A stretch of DNA of 64,000 bases, from contig JAIBAI010000004.1 of assembly GCA_019695235.1 (NCBI GenBank), positions 23,111 through 87,110 of the forward strand. Direction: 5' to 3'. Origin of the DNA: Bacteroidia bacterium (GTDB lineage: Bacteria; Bacteroidota; Bacteroidia; M30B66). Below the pieces are notes generated by a model. It worked only from the letters and a program-made list of their open reading frames with translations, searched no databases and was not told where the DNA came from. Both the position numbers and the translations under genes were made by a program. Positions 20,701 to 28,913 of this stretch are shown here, piece by piece. Position 1 is the stretch's first letter. Each line of letters opens with the position of its first letter.

Positions 20701-20900
20701 TCAATAGCAACTTCTTTGCTGCCTGCATAAAAATATACATCGAAACGCTCATACCGATAAAACGACCAATCGAATGGGTGGTACTGAATTCTGCTCTTGC
20801 CAAACTCAAGTTGTGAACCCGAATAAAACTGAGCCTTACCGTTCATACTCAACAAGAGCAGAAAAAACACTTTACCAAACAGATATTTCACCTTTGCCAC
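17733..20900 (-). CDS. large outer-membrane protein: N-terminal domain + TolB-like (PD40/WD40) beta-propeller + C-terminal Omp85/surface-antigen-like beta-barrel
   Basis: 1055 aa with a signal peptide. The central region has PD40-like repeat signatures (ISPDGRKIL, WFPDGNSFVFSSNR). The C-terminal ~350 aa shows alternating amphipathic strands ending ...RFDYARGIYD...LSFCNDF, with a terminal aromatic typical of Omp85/BamA-like barrels. Confidence 0.6.
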   Translation of the reverse strand: MAKVKYLFGKVFFLLLLSMNGKAQFYSGSQLEFGKSRIQYHPFDWSFYRYERFDVYFYAGSKEVAIELARAAEAYLQQYEQRFSYPLEGRLQIVVFNRLSDLKQTNLGTGVLGSQSLGGTTMHEGGKMLLYMEDGYAQLYTQLREGIATAFVSELLLGTEFREKIRSAAFLHLSEWYFNGLISWLASEWTSTDEDILRDGMRSGRFKYPDRLTGKEAAVAGSSVWKYIAKTFGESVILDMLDVAYMSRNIDDSFIYVLGHKQSEILEGWRKYFNSYFTIDNTIKTNNDSIVFYRKIKKNSVVTSTRISNDKKHIAWVENCYGKQVIYIYDVQERKIVKTIKTGKKIPDITDLSYPLIAWHPDNEWLLFSDENKGRILLRYYHLPSGRKEQKYLEFFTKLCSIDISPDGRKILMTAIKNGYKDLFIFNNVSNTIEQLSNDGFDESEARWFPDGNSFVFSSNRTNDSLFTKSKPNFSSLNNNHDLFLYHPVSATKSCLRLSNSPQIDERYPVPVSNKSLTFLSDENGVKNIFLGQVDSAITHVDTLVHYRYLLRKYPLTNYNNSVLVNDVHSSGMAVEIFRNIGRINLRYLNIDLQKTNSILSHAMWGQHIMQSSDSVVGKTVPKPELQKDKPKRIVVFGKDNSTDSNNILLPASSDTFKIPTQRIYFTTWYLEKFSARIDRAYLNQSYQPFTGQAGYVNPPLNGMFRFGIADLFEDYRIIAGVRLSGDFSGNEYLLAFQNQKRRLDKLYSVHRQSLRLDNSADEKIVTHTISSIFGWPFSPLSKVSFGAAYRNDQHIYLSSDLASLKQKTTFTHWLQPKLEYVFDNTFPYGKNMLSGTRAKLTSEFFFSYGSDKPMVGVLGVDLRHYIPIVRETIFALRFAAAGSFGPGKLLFMLGGVDNWFNPDIEPGVSADAKNTYVFQTIATNMRGYRQQVRSGNCFALFNAELRWNPVRFFSHYPLKNELINSLQLVPFFDVGSAFTGPHPWSDKNVFNHTIIQNGPITVTLKNLYNPLVFGTGIGLRARIFGYFVRFDYARGIYDQHLLAPVMYLSFCNDF

Positions 20901-21031
20901 AGAACCGGTAAAATTACTAATTGCTTTGATTATTAGGAAGCAGCTCGTTCATTCTTCTATAGAATATTTCAAGTGGCTTTCATTGCTAAAACAGTAAATT
21001 TGCATCCTTCTGTCATTCAGGTTTCAGCTTT

Positions 21032-21673
21032 ATGCTTCATGCACATTCAATAACATTTAATCCGTTTAGTGAAAACACTTGGCTTGTCTGGTCTGATGAG
21101 CTTAATTGCATCATCATTGACCCTGGCTGCTATGGCTCTGATGAAGAAAGGACTTTGTTGTCCTTTATTACCGAAAATAAGCTTAAACCGGTACGCCTTA
21201 TCAACACCCATTGCCATATTGATCACGTATTGGGAAATCCTTTTGTCTATAGAACCTGGGGGCTAAAACCCGAAATTAATCCTTTGGAGCAGGCATTATT
21301 GGATGCAGTTCCGCAATATGGTTCAATGTGGGGCATTCGTTCTGAAGAACAACCAGAAACTATCCATAGCCTGTTGCCGGGGGAAACAATTGCACTTGAT
21401 GAGCATCAATTTCGTATTTTGTTCACCCCTGGCCATGCACCTGGTGAAGTGTGTCTGTATTCAGCAGAAAATAACTTATTAATTGCCGGCGACGTTTTGT
21501 TTAAAGAAAGTATTGGTCGTACTGATCTGCCAGGCGGCAATCATGCCCAATTAGAAAAAAGTATTCGTGAGCAGCTTTATATATTGCCTGACCAAACCTT
21601 GGTTTGCCCGGGGCACGGCCCCAGTACCAGTATCGGACATGAAAAAGCCCATAACCCTTTCGTTAGGTTTTAA
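21032..21673 (+). CDS. MBL-fold metallo-hydrolase (glyoxalase II-like)
   Basis: HCHIDHVLGN (HxHxDH) zinc-binding motif; 213 aa. Confidence 0.8.
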   Translation: MLHAHSITFNPFSENTWLVWSDELNCIIIDPGCYGSDEERTLLSFITENKLKPVRLINTHCHIDHVLGNPFVYRTWGLKPEINPLEQALLDAVPQYGSMWGIRSEEQPETIHSLLPGETIALDEHQFRILFTPGHAPGEVCLYSAENNLLIAGDVLFKESIGRTDLPGGNHAQLEKSIREQLYILPDQTLVCPGHGPSTSIGHEKAHNPFVRF

Positions 21674-21741
21674 ACCACCTTCCTCGTAGACACTAAAGGT
21701 TAGCGCCTGCATTATTTTTAATCAATGCGTATATTTACCGC

Positions 21742-23877
21742 ATGAAACGCCCTGATTTTTCACGCCTGGGTCATGACATCCCGCAATCAGCCTCCAAAAT
21801 ACCAAGGCAGGAAGCATGGATAAGCCCTGAAGGCATCCCTATTCAGCCTGTGTATCAACCAAAAGACCTGGAGAACGCAGAACATATTGGGTTTGGTGCA
21901 GGCATTGCACCATTTCTCAGAGGGCCTTATGCCAGCATGTACCTCAATCGCCCATGGACAATCAGGCAATATGCAGGGTTTTCAACTGCAGAAGAAAGCA
22001 ATGCCTTTTACAGGCGCAACCTGGCTGCGGGGCAAAAGGGGCTTAGCGTAGCCTTTGACCTGGCAACCCACAGGGGTTATGATAGCGACCATGAAAGAGT
22101 GGAAGGAGATGTAGGCAAGGCCGGTGTTGCAATTGACTCAATAGAGGACATGAAAATCCTTTTTGACCAGATTCCCCTTGACAAGATGAGTGTTTCTATG
22201 ACCATGAATGGTGCAGTTTTACCCATCATGGCATTTTATATCCTTGCCGCAGAAGAACAAGGCGTAGCACCTGAATTGCTTTCCGGAACAATCCAGAACG
22301 ATATTCTGAAAGAATTCATGGTGCGCAATACGTACATATACCCTCCCAATCACAGTATGCGGATTATTGCTGATATCTTTGCTTATACTTCGAAGCGAAT
22401 GCCGAAGTTCAACAGTATCAGTATCAGCGGGTACCACATGCACGAAGCAGGAGCAACCGCAGATATAGAGTTGGCATATACCCTTTGTGATGGGCTTGAA
22501 TATGTTCGTACCGGGCTAGCCTCCGGGCTGAAAATAGATGAGTTTGCGCCCCGGCTTTCATTTTTCTGGGGCATTGGCATGAATCATTTTATGGAGATTG
22601 CCAAAATGAGGGCCGGACGTATGTTATGGGCAAAACTTATCCGACAGTTTGAGCCTCAGTCTGAGAAATCTCTCATGCTGCGCACACACTGTCAAACAAG
22701 CGGCTGGAGCCTGACAGAGCAAGACCCCTACAATAATATCACCCGTACTTGTGTAGAGGCATTGGCCGCTGCCCTGGGTGGTACACAAAGTTTGCATACC
22801 AATGCATTGGATGAAGCGATTGCACTACCAACCGATGCATCTGCAAGAATTGCACGAAACACACAGCTTTTCCTGCAATTTGAAACCGGGATTACCCAAA
22901 GCGTTGACCCTTGGGCGGGTTCGTATTATGTTGAAAGCATTACCAAAGAACTTGCCGATAAGGCATGGGCACTCATAGAAGAAGTAGAGAAGCTGGGTGG
23001 AATGGCAAAGGCAATTGAAACGGGTATACCAAAGATGCGCATCGAAGAAGCCGCTGCAAAGAAACAAGCTCGTATTGATTCAGGTCAGGATGTTATTGTA
23101 GGCGTTAACAGATTCAGGAGCGAAGATGAGCAACAATTGGATATTCTTGAAATCAACAACACACTTGTACGTGAAAACCAGTTAAAACGCCTGAATAATT
23201 TACGTAAAACCAGAAATAATACCAAGGTAGACGAAAGTCTCAGGGCATTGAATCATGCCGCACTATCAGGCGAAGGAAACCTGTTGGAATTAAGTATAAA
23301 CGCTGCCAGGAACAGAGCAACACTCGGAGAAATTTCTTCCACTTTAGAGTCGGTTTTTGGACGTTATCAGGCAGCAATAAGACCCATATCAGGAATTTAT
23401 TTGAATGCCGTGAAAAACAACCATCAACTTGAAAAGGCACGTCAGATGGCCGACACCTTTGCTGAATTAGCAGGTCGCCGCCCACGAATTCTGGTTGCAA
23501 AAATGGGGCAGGACGGCCATGACCGGGGTGCCAAAGTAATTTCTACCGGCTTTGCCGACATCGGCTTTGATGTTGACATTGGCCCACTGTTTCAAACCCC
23601 AGCTGAGGTGGCCAAACAGGCTGTTGAAAACGATGTGCACGTGCTTGGGATATCTTCACTGGCGGCTGGCCATAAAACTTTGATACCACAAGTAATAGAA
23701 GCCTTAAAAGAAGCCGGTCGTGAAGATATGGTTATTGTGGCTGGTGGAGTCATCCCCCAGCAAGACTATAACTTCCTTTTTGAAAACGGTGTATCAGCCG
23801 TCTTTGGCCCCGGAACCCGTATACCTCAAGCCGCTCATGATATTCTCGAAATACTCATCGAAGGATATCGCTCATGA
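21742..23877 (+). CDS. mutB: methylmalonyl-CoA mutase large (alpha) subunit with C-terminal cobalamin-binding domain
   Basis: 711 aa. Strong family match throughout ([59 protein letters not shown]). The C-terminal [12 protein letters not shown] block is the DxHxxG B12-binding motif. Confidence 0.9.
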   Translation: MKRPDFSRLGHDIPQSASKIPRQEAWISPEGIPIQPVYQPKDLENAEHIGFGAGIAPFLRGPYASMYLNRPWTIRQYAGFSTAEESNAFYRRNLAAGQKGLSVAFDLATHRGYDSDHERVEGDVGKAGVAIDSIEDMKILFDQIPLDKMSVSMTMNGAVLPIMAFYILAAEEQGVAPELLSGTIQNDILKEFMVRNTYIYPPNHSMRIIADIFAYTSKRMPKFNSISISGYHMHEAGATADIELAYTLCDGLEYVRTGLASGLKIDEFAPRLSFFWGIGMNHFMEIAKMRAGRMLWAKLIRQFEPQSEKSLMLRTHCQTSGWSLTEQDPYNNITRTCVEALAAALGGTQSLHTNALDEAIALPTDASARIARNTQLFLQFETGITQSVDPWAGSYYVESITKELADKAWALIEEVEKLGGMAKAIETGIPKMRIEEAAAKKQARIDSGQDVIVGVNRFRSEDEQQLDILEINNTLVRENQLKRLNNLRKTRNNTKVDESLRALNHAALSGEGNLLELSINAARNRATLGEISSTLESVFGRYQAAIRPISGIYLNAVKNNHQLEKARQMADTFAELAGRRPRILVAKMGQDGHDRGAKVISTGFADIGFDVDIGPLFQTPAEVAKQAVENDVHVLGISSLAAGHKTLIPQVIEALKEAGREDMVIVAGGVIPQQDYNFLFENGVSAVFGPGTRIPQAAHDILEILIEGYRS

Positions 23878-23992
23878 AAGATGTAAGCGCGTAGTAAAAA
23901 CTGAACGCCAAATTCACAAGTATAACATTACGTACGAAACCAAAACTCAATTGCAGGTAATAATCCACACGAAAGAATAAAATCAGATTATA

Positions 23993-25246
23993 ATGACAAT
24001 AAAACAACTACTCTTTACAGCACTCTTCTCAATCGTTGTCTCAATAACGCATAGTCAATGCCTGAAATGGAGCGACCCGGATACTGCAAGTGGCTGGTTA
24101 AATTTTAAAACTGTGCCCTGCAATGGTGAATTCACCGAAGATGAAAGCTTTGAGATTTTTCAGTCAGAAGCATACGCCCTGCCTGGTATCCTGAAAGACG
24201 GGAACTACACTTTTAGTGCCTGTAATGGTGCGGGCGCCGGCACATGGGAAATAGACTATACGATTCTATCTCCTACTGGTAGAGTAGATGCCTTCGGACA
24301 TGATTCTGCCTCTTCATGCTCAATTACCTGGACAGCCACTGAGCCAGGCACTTACCTTGTTGTTATCAACAAAGCAGGTGCATGTGGCATTGCTGACACC
24401 ATTGACAATGGTTATGCAAGAATTACAACAAATTATGGTGGGCTCAACTGCCCTCCTCCACCAGTGTTTAAAGAAGGAGCTGAAAGTTTTGAAGGACTAT
24501 TTGGAGCGTTGCCGACATGTTGGAACAGAGTAGATGCAGATGGCGACGGGAAGGGTTGGCAAATTATAAATTTTGATACCCTGGCTTTCAACGGAAATAA
24601 TGCAATAGTCTCATTTTCATGGGACCCGGTGGGAGGAGAAGCACTTACGCCTGATAATTACCTGTTTACCCCACAATTAAAATTTGGGGAAAACGACTCA
24701 CTCTATTATGTAATAAAGACCCTGAATGCTGATTTTCCGGCTGAAAAATATTCGGTATTAATTTCAACCACCGGAAATGACACTGCAGATTTTAACACTG
24801 AAATATTTTCAGAAACGCTTACAGCTGATGCCGCTGAATGGCAGGCCAGGTCAATCAACCTGAGTGCATATAACAACCAGCTTGTATATATAGCTTTCAG
24901 GCACCATTCATCTGCTGACAATGTTGGCGTGGTGTTAGATGGAATCTCTTTGCCAGGTGAGATGCAGGACTGTAATTCTACAGCTATTACGCATCTGGCA
25001 GATAAGCCCACCATTCAGATTCACCCAAATCCGGCAACTTATCAATTGTTTATTTCATCTTCCTTGCCTAAAAAGTCTGTCATTGCTGTAATTGACGTTA
25101 CCGGCCAAATTGTATTGAAGTACGAACGCATTCCTCAGGGAAACCTGCCTTCTGCCATTGATATTTCTTCGTTAGCACCTGGCACATACCTTTTGCGGGT
25201 TCAATCAGGAAATAATTCAGAGGTACTTAAATTTATCAAAATTTAG
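23993..25246 (+). CDS. secreted choice-of-anchor-J-like domain protein with T9SS type-A C-terminal sorting domain
   Basis: Signal peptide, with a Cys-rich N-terminal region. GWQIINFD...LTPDNYLFTPQL...IAFRHHSS block. The C-terminal ~80 aa (IHPNPATYQLFISSS...APGTYLLRVQSGNNSEVLKFIKI) matches a Por/T9SS CTD. Confidence 0.7.
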   Translation: MTIKQLLFTALFSIVVSITHSQCLKWSDPDTASGWLNFKTVPCNGEFTEDESFEIFQSEAYALPGILKDGNYTFSACNGAGAGTWEIDYTILSPTGRVDAFGHDSASSCSITWTATEPGTYLVVINKAGACGIADTIDNGYARITTNYGGLNCPPPPVFKEGAESFEGLFGALPTCWNRVDADGDGKGWQIINFDTLAFNGNNAIVSFSWDPVGGEALTPDNYLFTPQLKFGENDSLYYVIKTLNADFPAEKYSVLISTTGNDTADFNTEIFSETLTADAAEWQARSINLSAYNNQLVYIAFRHHSSADNVGVVLDGISLPGEMQDCNSTAITHLADKPTIQIHPNPATYQLFISSSLPKKSVIAVIDVTGQIVLKYERIPQGNLPSAIDISSLAPGTYLLRVQSGNNSEVLKFIKI

Positions 25247-25338
25247 ACTTATCGGGTCTTCAATACAGCCTTTTTGAACGGCCGGATGAAATGGTGATTT
25301 ATGTCAGAAAAGTTGTCTTCCATGAAAAATGAGGCATT

Positions 25339-25385
25339 AATTTGACATATTTTTTGGCATGTCGGAATATTTGACGATATTTCCG
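25339..25385 (+). promoter_or_regulatory. operator-like repeats immediately upstream of the XRE/S24 repressor gene
   Basis: Two copies of TTTGAC(A/GA)TATTT (25341-25353 and 25369-25382). The second copy is embedded in an imperfect inverted repeat CGGAATATTTGACGATATTTCCG (25363-25385) that abuts the ATG at 25388. Confidence 0.3.
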
Positions 25386-25387
25386 GC

Positions 25388-26176
25388 ATGTTTACAGCCC
25401 CCAACCTGAAATTTCTGCGTAAGCAAAAAGGCTTGTCGCAGGAGGAAGTTTCTGCCGCATTAGGCATTAAACGTACAACCCTGAGTGGATATGAGAACGG
25501 TTCAGCGGAACCAAACTTTGAAAATCTCATTAAGCTAACTGATTTTTATGCAGTAGCTATTGACCAGGTGATAAAGGCAGACCTTCAATCACAAACAGGG
25601 GGGGCGCTCAAAGGCGCTGACCTATCTGGGGGGGCGCTCCGGGTGCTGGCAACAACGGTTGATAGCGACAACAACGAAAATATTGAGTTGGTTCCGTTCA
25701 AAGCAAGGGCGGGGTATACAGCCGGGTATGCTGACCCTGAGTACATTGCGGTACTGCCTACCTTTCAGCTTCCATTTCTTTCGCCAAATCGCAAATACCG
25801 TACCTTCCCCATCATTGGTGACTCAATGCCACCTGTAGCTGACGGCTCCTGGGTCACAGGTGAATATCTACAAAACTGGAACTTTATCCAGAACGGGCTT
25901 CCGTATATATTAGTGACCCTTGATGAGGGCATTGTTTTTAAAACGGTTTACAACCGTATTGAAAAGTCGGGTACGCTGCTACTTTGTTCTACCAATCCCA
26001 CCTATGAGCCTTACGAAGTTGATATTAACACTGTAAAGGAGGTATGGAAGTTTGTGCACTTTATCAGTCATGAGTTGCCTGAACCCAATCTGAGTAAGGA
26101 TGAGATTTCAGACACGGTCATGGAATTGCAGAGAGAAGTGAGTCTGCTGCGCAACGAAATACGCCGTAAAAAATAA
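25388..26176 (+). CDS. XRE-family HTH + S24 peptidase (LexA/cI-like) self-cleaving transcriptional repressor
   Basis: N-terminal HTH (LRKQKGLSQEEVSAALGIKRTTLSGYENG). C-terminal S24 domain with GDSM (IIGDSMPPVADGSWV) and a conserved Lys (VFKTV). The linker has a duplicated GGAL motif (GGALKGADLSGGALRVLATT) and the VPFKARAGY cleavage-site region. Confidence 0.8.
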   Translation: MFTAPNLKFLRKQKGLSQEEVSAALGIKRTTLSGYENGSAEPNFENLIKLTDFYAVAIDQVIKADLQSQTGGALKGADLSGGALRVLATTVDSDNNENIELVPFKARAGYTAGYADPEYIAVLPTFQLPFLSPNRKYRTFPIIGDSMPPVADGSWVTGEYLQNWNFIQNGLPYILVTLDEGIVFKTVYNRIEKSGTLLLCSTNPTYEPYEVDINTVKEVWKFVHFISHELPEPNLSKDEISDTVMELQREVSLLRNEIRRKK

Positions 26177-26198
26177 ACACCCGGTTTTGGCCGGGTGT
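26177..26198. terminator. bidirectional hairpin terminator between convergent genes
   Basis: ACACCCGG-TTTTGG-CCGGGTGT hairpin. The minus-strand reading is followed by TTATTTTTT, a good T-tail for the minus-strand gene ending at 26224. The plus-strand T-tail is weaker. Confidence 0.55.
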
Positions 26199-26223
26199 TT
26201 ATGCATGTTGCGTTTCTGTGCCT

Positions 26224-27606
26224 TTATTGACGTATCACACGAATGCTTGAATTGGTGTTGAGGGTGCGATAATTAACAAAATACACCCCTGCACTTGACA
26301 ACATCCCACTTAAATCACTGGTACTCACACCGGCAGGCAAGTTTAGCAGTCGCTCTGCTATCTTTTTTCCGGTGATATCAAGCACTTGAATAGTTACTGC
26401 CTCTGATTTCTCAAGCTCACAGGTCAAATAAAGGGTTTCATCTGCCGGATTTGGATAAACTGACCAGTTTAGTTGAACTGTAGGACTTTCGATGCCCACA
26501 AGGTCTTCAATATCAGTGATATTACGTGGTAGCAACCTGTAATTGCCGAATGCATAGGTAATTACACCGCTTATGTTATATCTATGCCCTACAACGGGTG
26601 TGTAACGAAATAACACTGTATCCACCAATAGGTCACCAGAACCATCATTGGCAGGCCAAACCTTAAAGTTGTTAGGTGCAGCAGTTGCTTCGGCATTGCT
26701 GGCCTTCACTAATACCCCTTCAAATGGTTCAGTGCCAAGTACAGCGGTGGTGCCTTCATGTGCCGCTGGAACAGTATTGCCTCCAGATACTTTGTTAAAG
26801 TTACTTACCTGTTCTATTTGGGTAGTGTTAAAATACTCCTTTACAGTACCCGAAATGGTAAGGCTGTCGCCAATAGCTACTGTGCTACTGCGGGCCGGGT
26901 CATAAACAAAAACCCCACTCCAATTCCCTGTTCCTGCTTGCAGAAAATACCCTCCGTTGGGGTTTGGTTTTACGGCAGTAATGATACCACCGGTGGTAAC
27001 TTTCTGGTCTTTCAGTGGTGAATCTCCAGCTGACTCTTCTGTAAACTGAATATCGTATATACTAACCGGAACCACGCTTGCAGGGGTGATGGCTACGCTG
27101 TCAATCTGAATGTGGTTGTTGGCAGCATTGGTGTTGCGGATCGAGAAAATAAATTGTGCCCCATCGGTTGTTGTATCGGCAGCAACTGATTGGTTTACCT
27201 CAACCCAGTCTTCACTGTCAAGGGTAAAATAACTGCTGTAACCGTATCCGGCATCATTGTCGCCCTTATCATTGTCGAACAAACCTGCACGAATCTCGCC
27301 CTTTCCTTTTACAAAATATTTAAAATGATACTCTTTTCCTTCTTCTACGCTAACAGCATTTGAAGAAAATCGTTTATGGCTGTTCGACCTGTTTTGCAAC
27401 TGTACTGCTGTACTGCCATATACAGTACCTGAATTCACCTGTGTAATTGAGTCTACCCCCAGATTTGAAGCAGAGCCTTGCCAATCAGTAGGTTTTCCAC
27501 TGTCCCAATTCTCAAAACTACTTGTAAAAACCGGGGCCTGTGCAAACGCTCCTCCGCCTATTAACAGGGCGCCCAGAACGCTAAAAAATGTACTTGCTTT
27601 TTTCAT
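26224..27606 (-). CDS. secreted T9SS cargo protein with ExeM/NucH-type (COG2374-like) OB-fold nucleic-acid-binding module
   Basis: 460 aa with a signal peptide. The central VSIYDIQF...VTTGGIITAV...GGYFLQAG...GVFVYD...IGDSLTISGTVKEYFNTTQI pattern is the N-terminal module of predicted extracellular nucleases. The C-terminal ~85 aa (VYPNPADETLYLTCEL...GVYFVNY) is a T9SS CTD. No catalytic nuclease domain. Confidence 0.55.
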   Translation of the reverse strand: MKKASTFFSVLGALLIGGGAFAQAPVFTSSFENWDSGKPTDWQGSASNLGVDSITQVNSGTVYGSTAVQLQNRSNSHKRFSSNAVSVEEGKEYHFKYFVKGKGEIRAGLFDNDKGDNDAGYGYSSYFTLDSEDWVEVNQSVAADTTTDGAQFIFSIRNTNAANNHIQIDSVAITPASVVPVSIYDIQFTEESAGDSPLKDQKVTTGGIITAVKPNPNGGYFLQAGTGNWSGVFVYDPARSSTVAIGDSLTISGTVKEYFNTTQIEQVSNFNKVSGGNTVPAAHEGTTAVLGTEPFEGVLVKASNAEATAAPNNFKVWPANDGSGDLLVDTVLFRYTPVVGHRYNISGVITYAFGNYRLLPRNITDIEDLVGIESPTVQLNWSVYPNPADETLYLTCELEKSEAVTIQVLDITGKKIAERLLNLPAGVSTSDLSGMLSSAGVYFVNYRTLNTNSSIRVIRQ

Positions 27607-27626
27607 GTGTGTATTTGTTTGCTGTT

Positions 27627-28913
27627 TTAGTCTCTGATATAAATATTGTCAAGGGCTGATGTGCCTGTTTTTCCTGCAGGAGCACTGCCTGTGTACCTGA
27701 ATGCAATATGAAAATTACCTGTATAGCCCTGTGGCAGATAGCCGCTTAGGTCAATATCACCTGAACTTACCCATGCATAATTTGCATTTGACTGGCCTGC
27801 TAATGTTGCCGTAACAGACGACCATGAGGCAGTAGTAGGGTTTGAGCCATCAAAATTGGTGCTAATGAGCACCTCCAGTGCGTTGTGCGTCCAGTTTGAT
27901 ACAGCCGAACTAAATGAAAGTTTCTTTGTGGCACTATTGATCACTGGTGGGGTAATCAGCCAGGAAATATTATTTGCATCTGATGACTGATATGAACTTA
28001 TTTGGGCATACTTGTCAGTATTGTTAAAAATACGACCTCGCCAGTAACGCGTTCCTGTAGTCGCAATATTAAGCCATCCGGCGGCGGCATAATCAATGTT
28101 ATTCGTTACATTATCAAAAGCCTCCTGTACAACGGCAACAGGGTCAACCGGACCGCCTCCTGTGCAACGATCACCGGTCATGGTTAATTCTGCAGGGTTG
28201 CGAACATACAGTTGCATATCACCGTTGAATTCACTTACCACTGCAATAAGTGAACCATTGCCAGAAGGTACTGTTTGGCTTGCGAAGCTTGCATAACCGC
28301 TGGTTCTTACAAGAACTGTTTTTCCATTGCAATCTGTAAGTGTATGATTCACTGTGGTCTGATTCACTGCATCCGACCATGATTTACCCAGATCTGCTGC
28401 TGTAAACTCCGACTGGTCAATGCGAACCAGCTTTGCCTGCATCCCTGATAATTGGTCAATTGTTGCAACAGTAGGTTGCCGTTTACGGCCTGTAGCCTGC
28501 TTTACAACGTTATTGTCAACGCTTACTGAATCTAATTGCAGCATACCATTATAGCGGCTAACATAGCAATTCTTTAGATAAATTCTGATGGAGTCTCCCT
28601 CGTATAAACCACCAGAATTAAGCAACCTTACGTTGATTGCTCCGGTATTGTCTTCGATAAAAATGTTTTTGTACAAATTGCCACTGCGTTCGTCGGCAGT
28701 TACTACAGCATAAACCGATGAGTCACCAATAATTTTCACGGTTTTGTTTACGTATAATGCACGCAAATCTGCTATTGTCAGCACACTACCAGTTGGCAAG
28801 GTCCTGAGGGGAGGCGTGTCAAACTCTTTCTTGCATCCACCCATGGTGGTTAAAAATAGAAGAGCAAATAATCCGATAATGGAAGAAATGTATTTCATGA
28901 AATGTAAAATCAA
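27627..28913 (-). CDS. DUF5689-like lipoprotein (OB-fold-like region + choice-of-anchor-J-like C-terminal domain)
   Basis: Lipoprotein signal (LFLTTMGGC). Blocks VTIADLRALY...IFIEDNTGAINVRL...GDSIRIYL... and GKTVLVRTSGYASF...MQLYVRNP. The C-terminal part resembles the anchor-J domain of the 23993 gene (GWLN...FHIAFRYTGS). Confidence 0.55.
   Translation of the reverse strand: MILHFMKYISSIIGLFALLFLTTMGGCKKEFDTPPLRTLPTGSVLTIADLRALYVNKTVKIIGDSSVYAVVTADERSGNLYKNIFIEDNTGAINVRLLNSGGLYEGDSIRIYLKNCYVSRYNGMLQLDSVSVDNNVVKQATGRKRQPTVATIDQLSGMQAKLVRIDQSEFTAADLGKSWSDAVNQTTVNHTLTDCNGKTVLVRTSGYASFASQTVPSGNGSLIAVVSEFNGDMQLYVRNPAELTMTGDRCTGGGPVDPVAVVQEAFDNVTNNIDYAAAGWLNIATTGTRYWRGRIFNNTDKYAQISSYQSSDANNISWLITPPVINSATKKLSFSSAVSNWTHNALEVLISTNFDGSNPTTASWSSVTATLAGQSNANYAWVSSGDIDLSGYLPQGYTGNFHIAFRYTGSAPAGKTGTSALDNIYIRD

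Noticed and set aside
21674-21741. Possible cobalamin riboswitch upstream of methylmalonyl-CoA mutase
   Set aside because: The intergenic gap is only ~68 nt, which is far too short for a B12 riboswitch.
25388-26176. Prophage or mobile-element interpretation of the cI-like repressor
   Set aside because: No integrase, excisionase, terminase, capsid or tail genes, and no att-like repeats or tRNA target, anywhere nearby. Flanking genes are T9SS cargo. It is kept as a standalone regulator (see findings).
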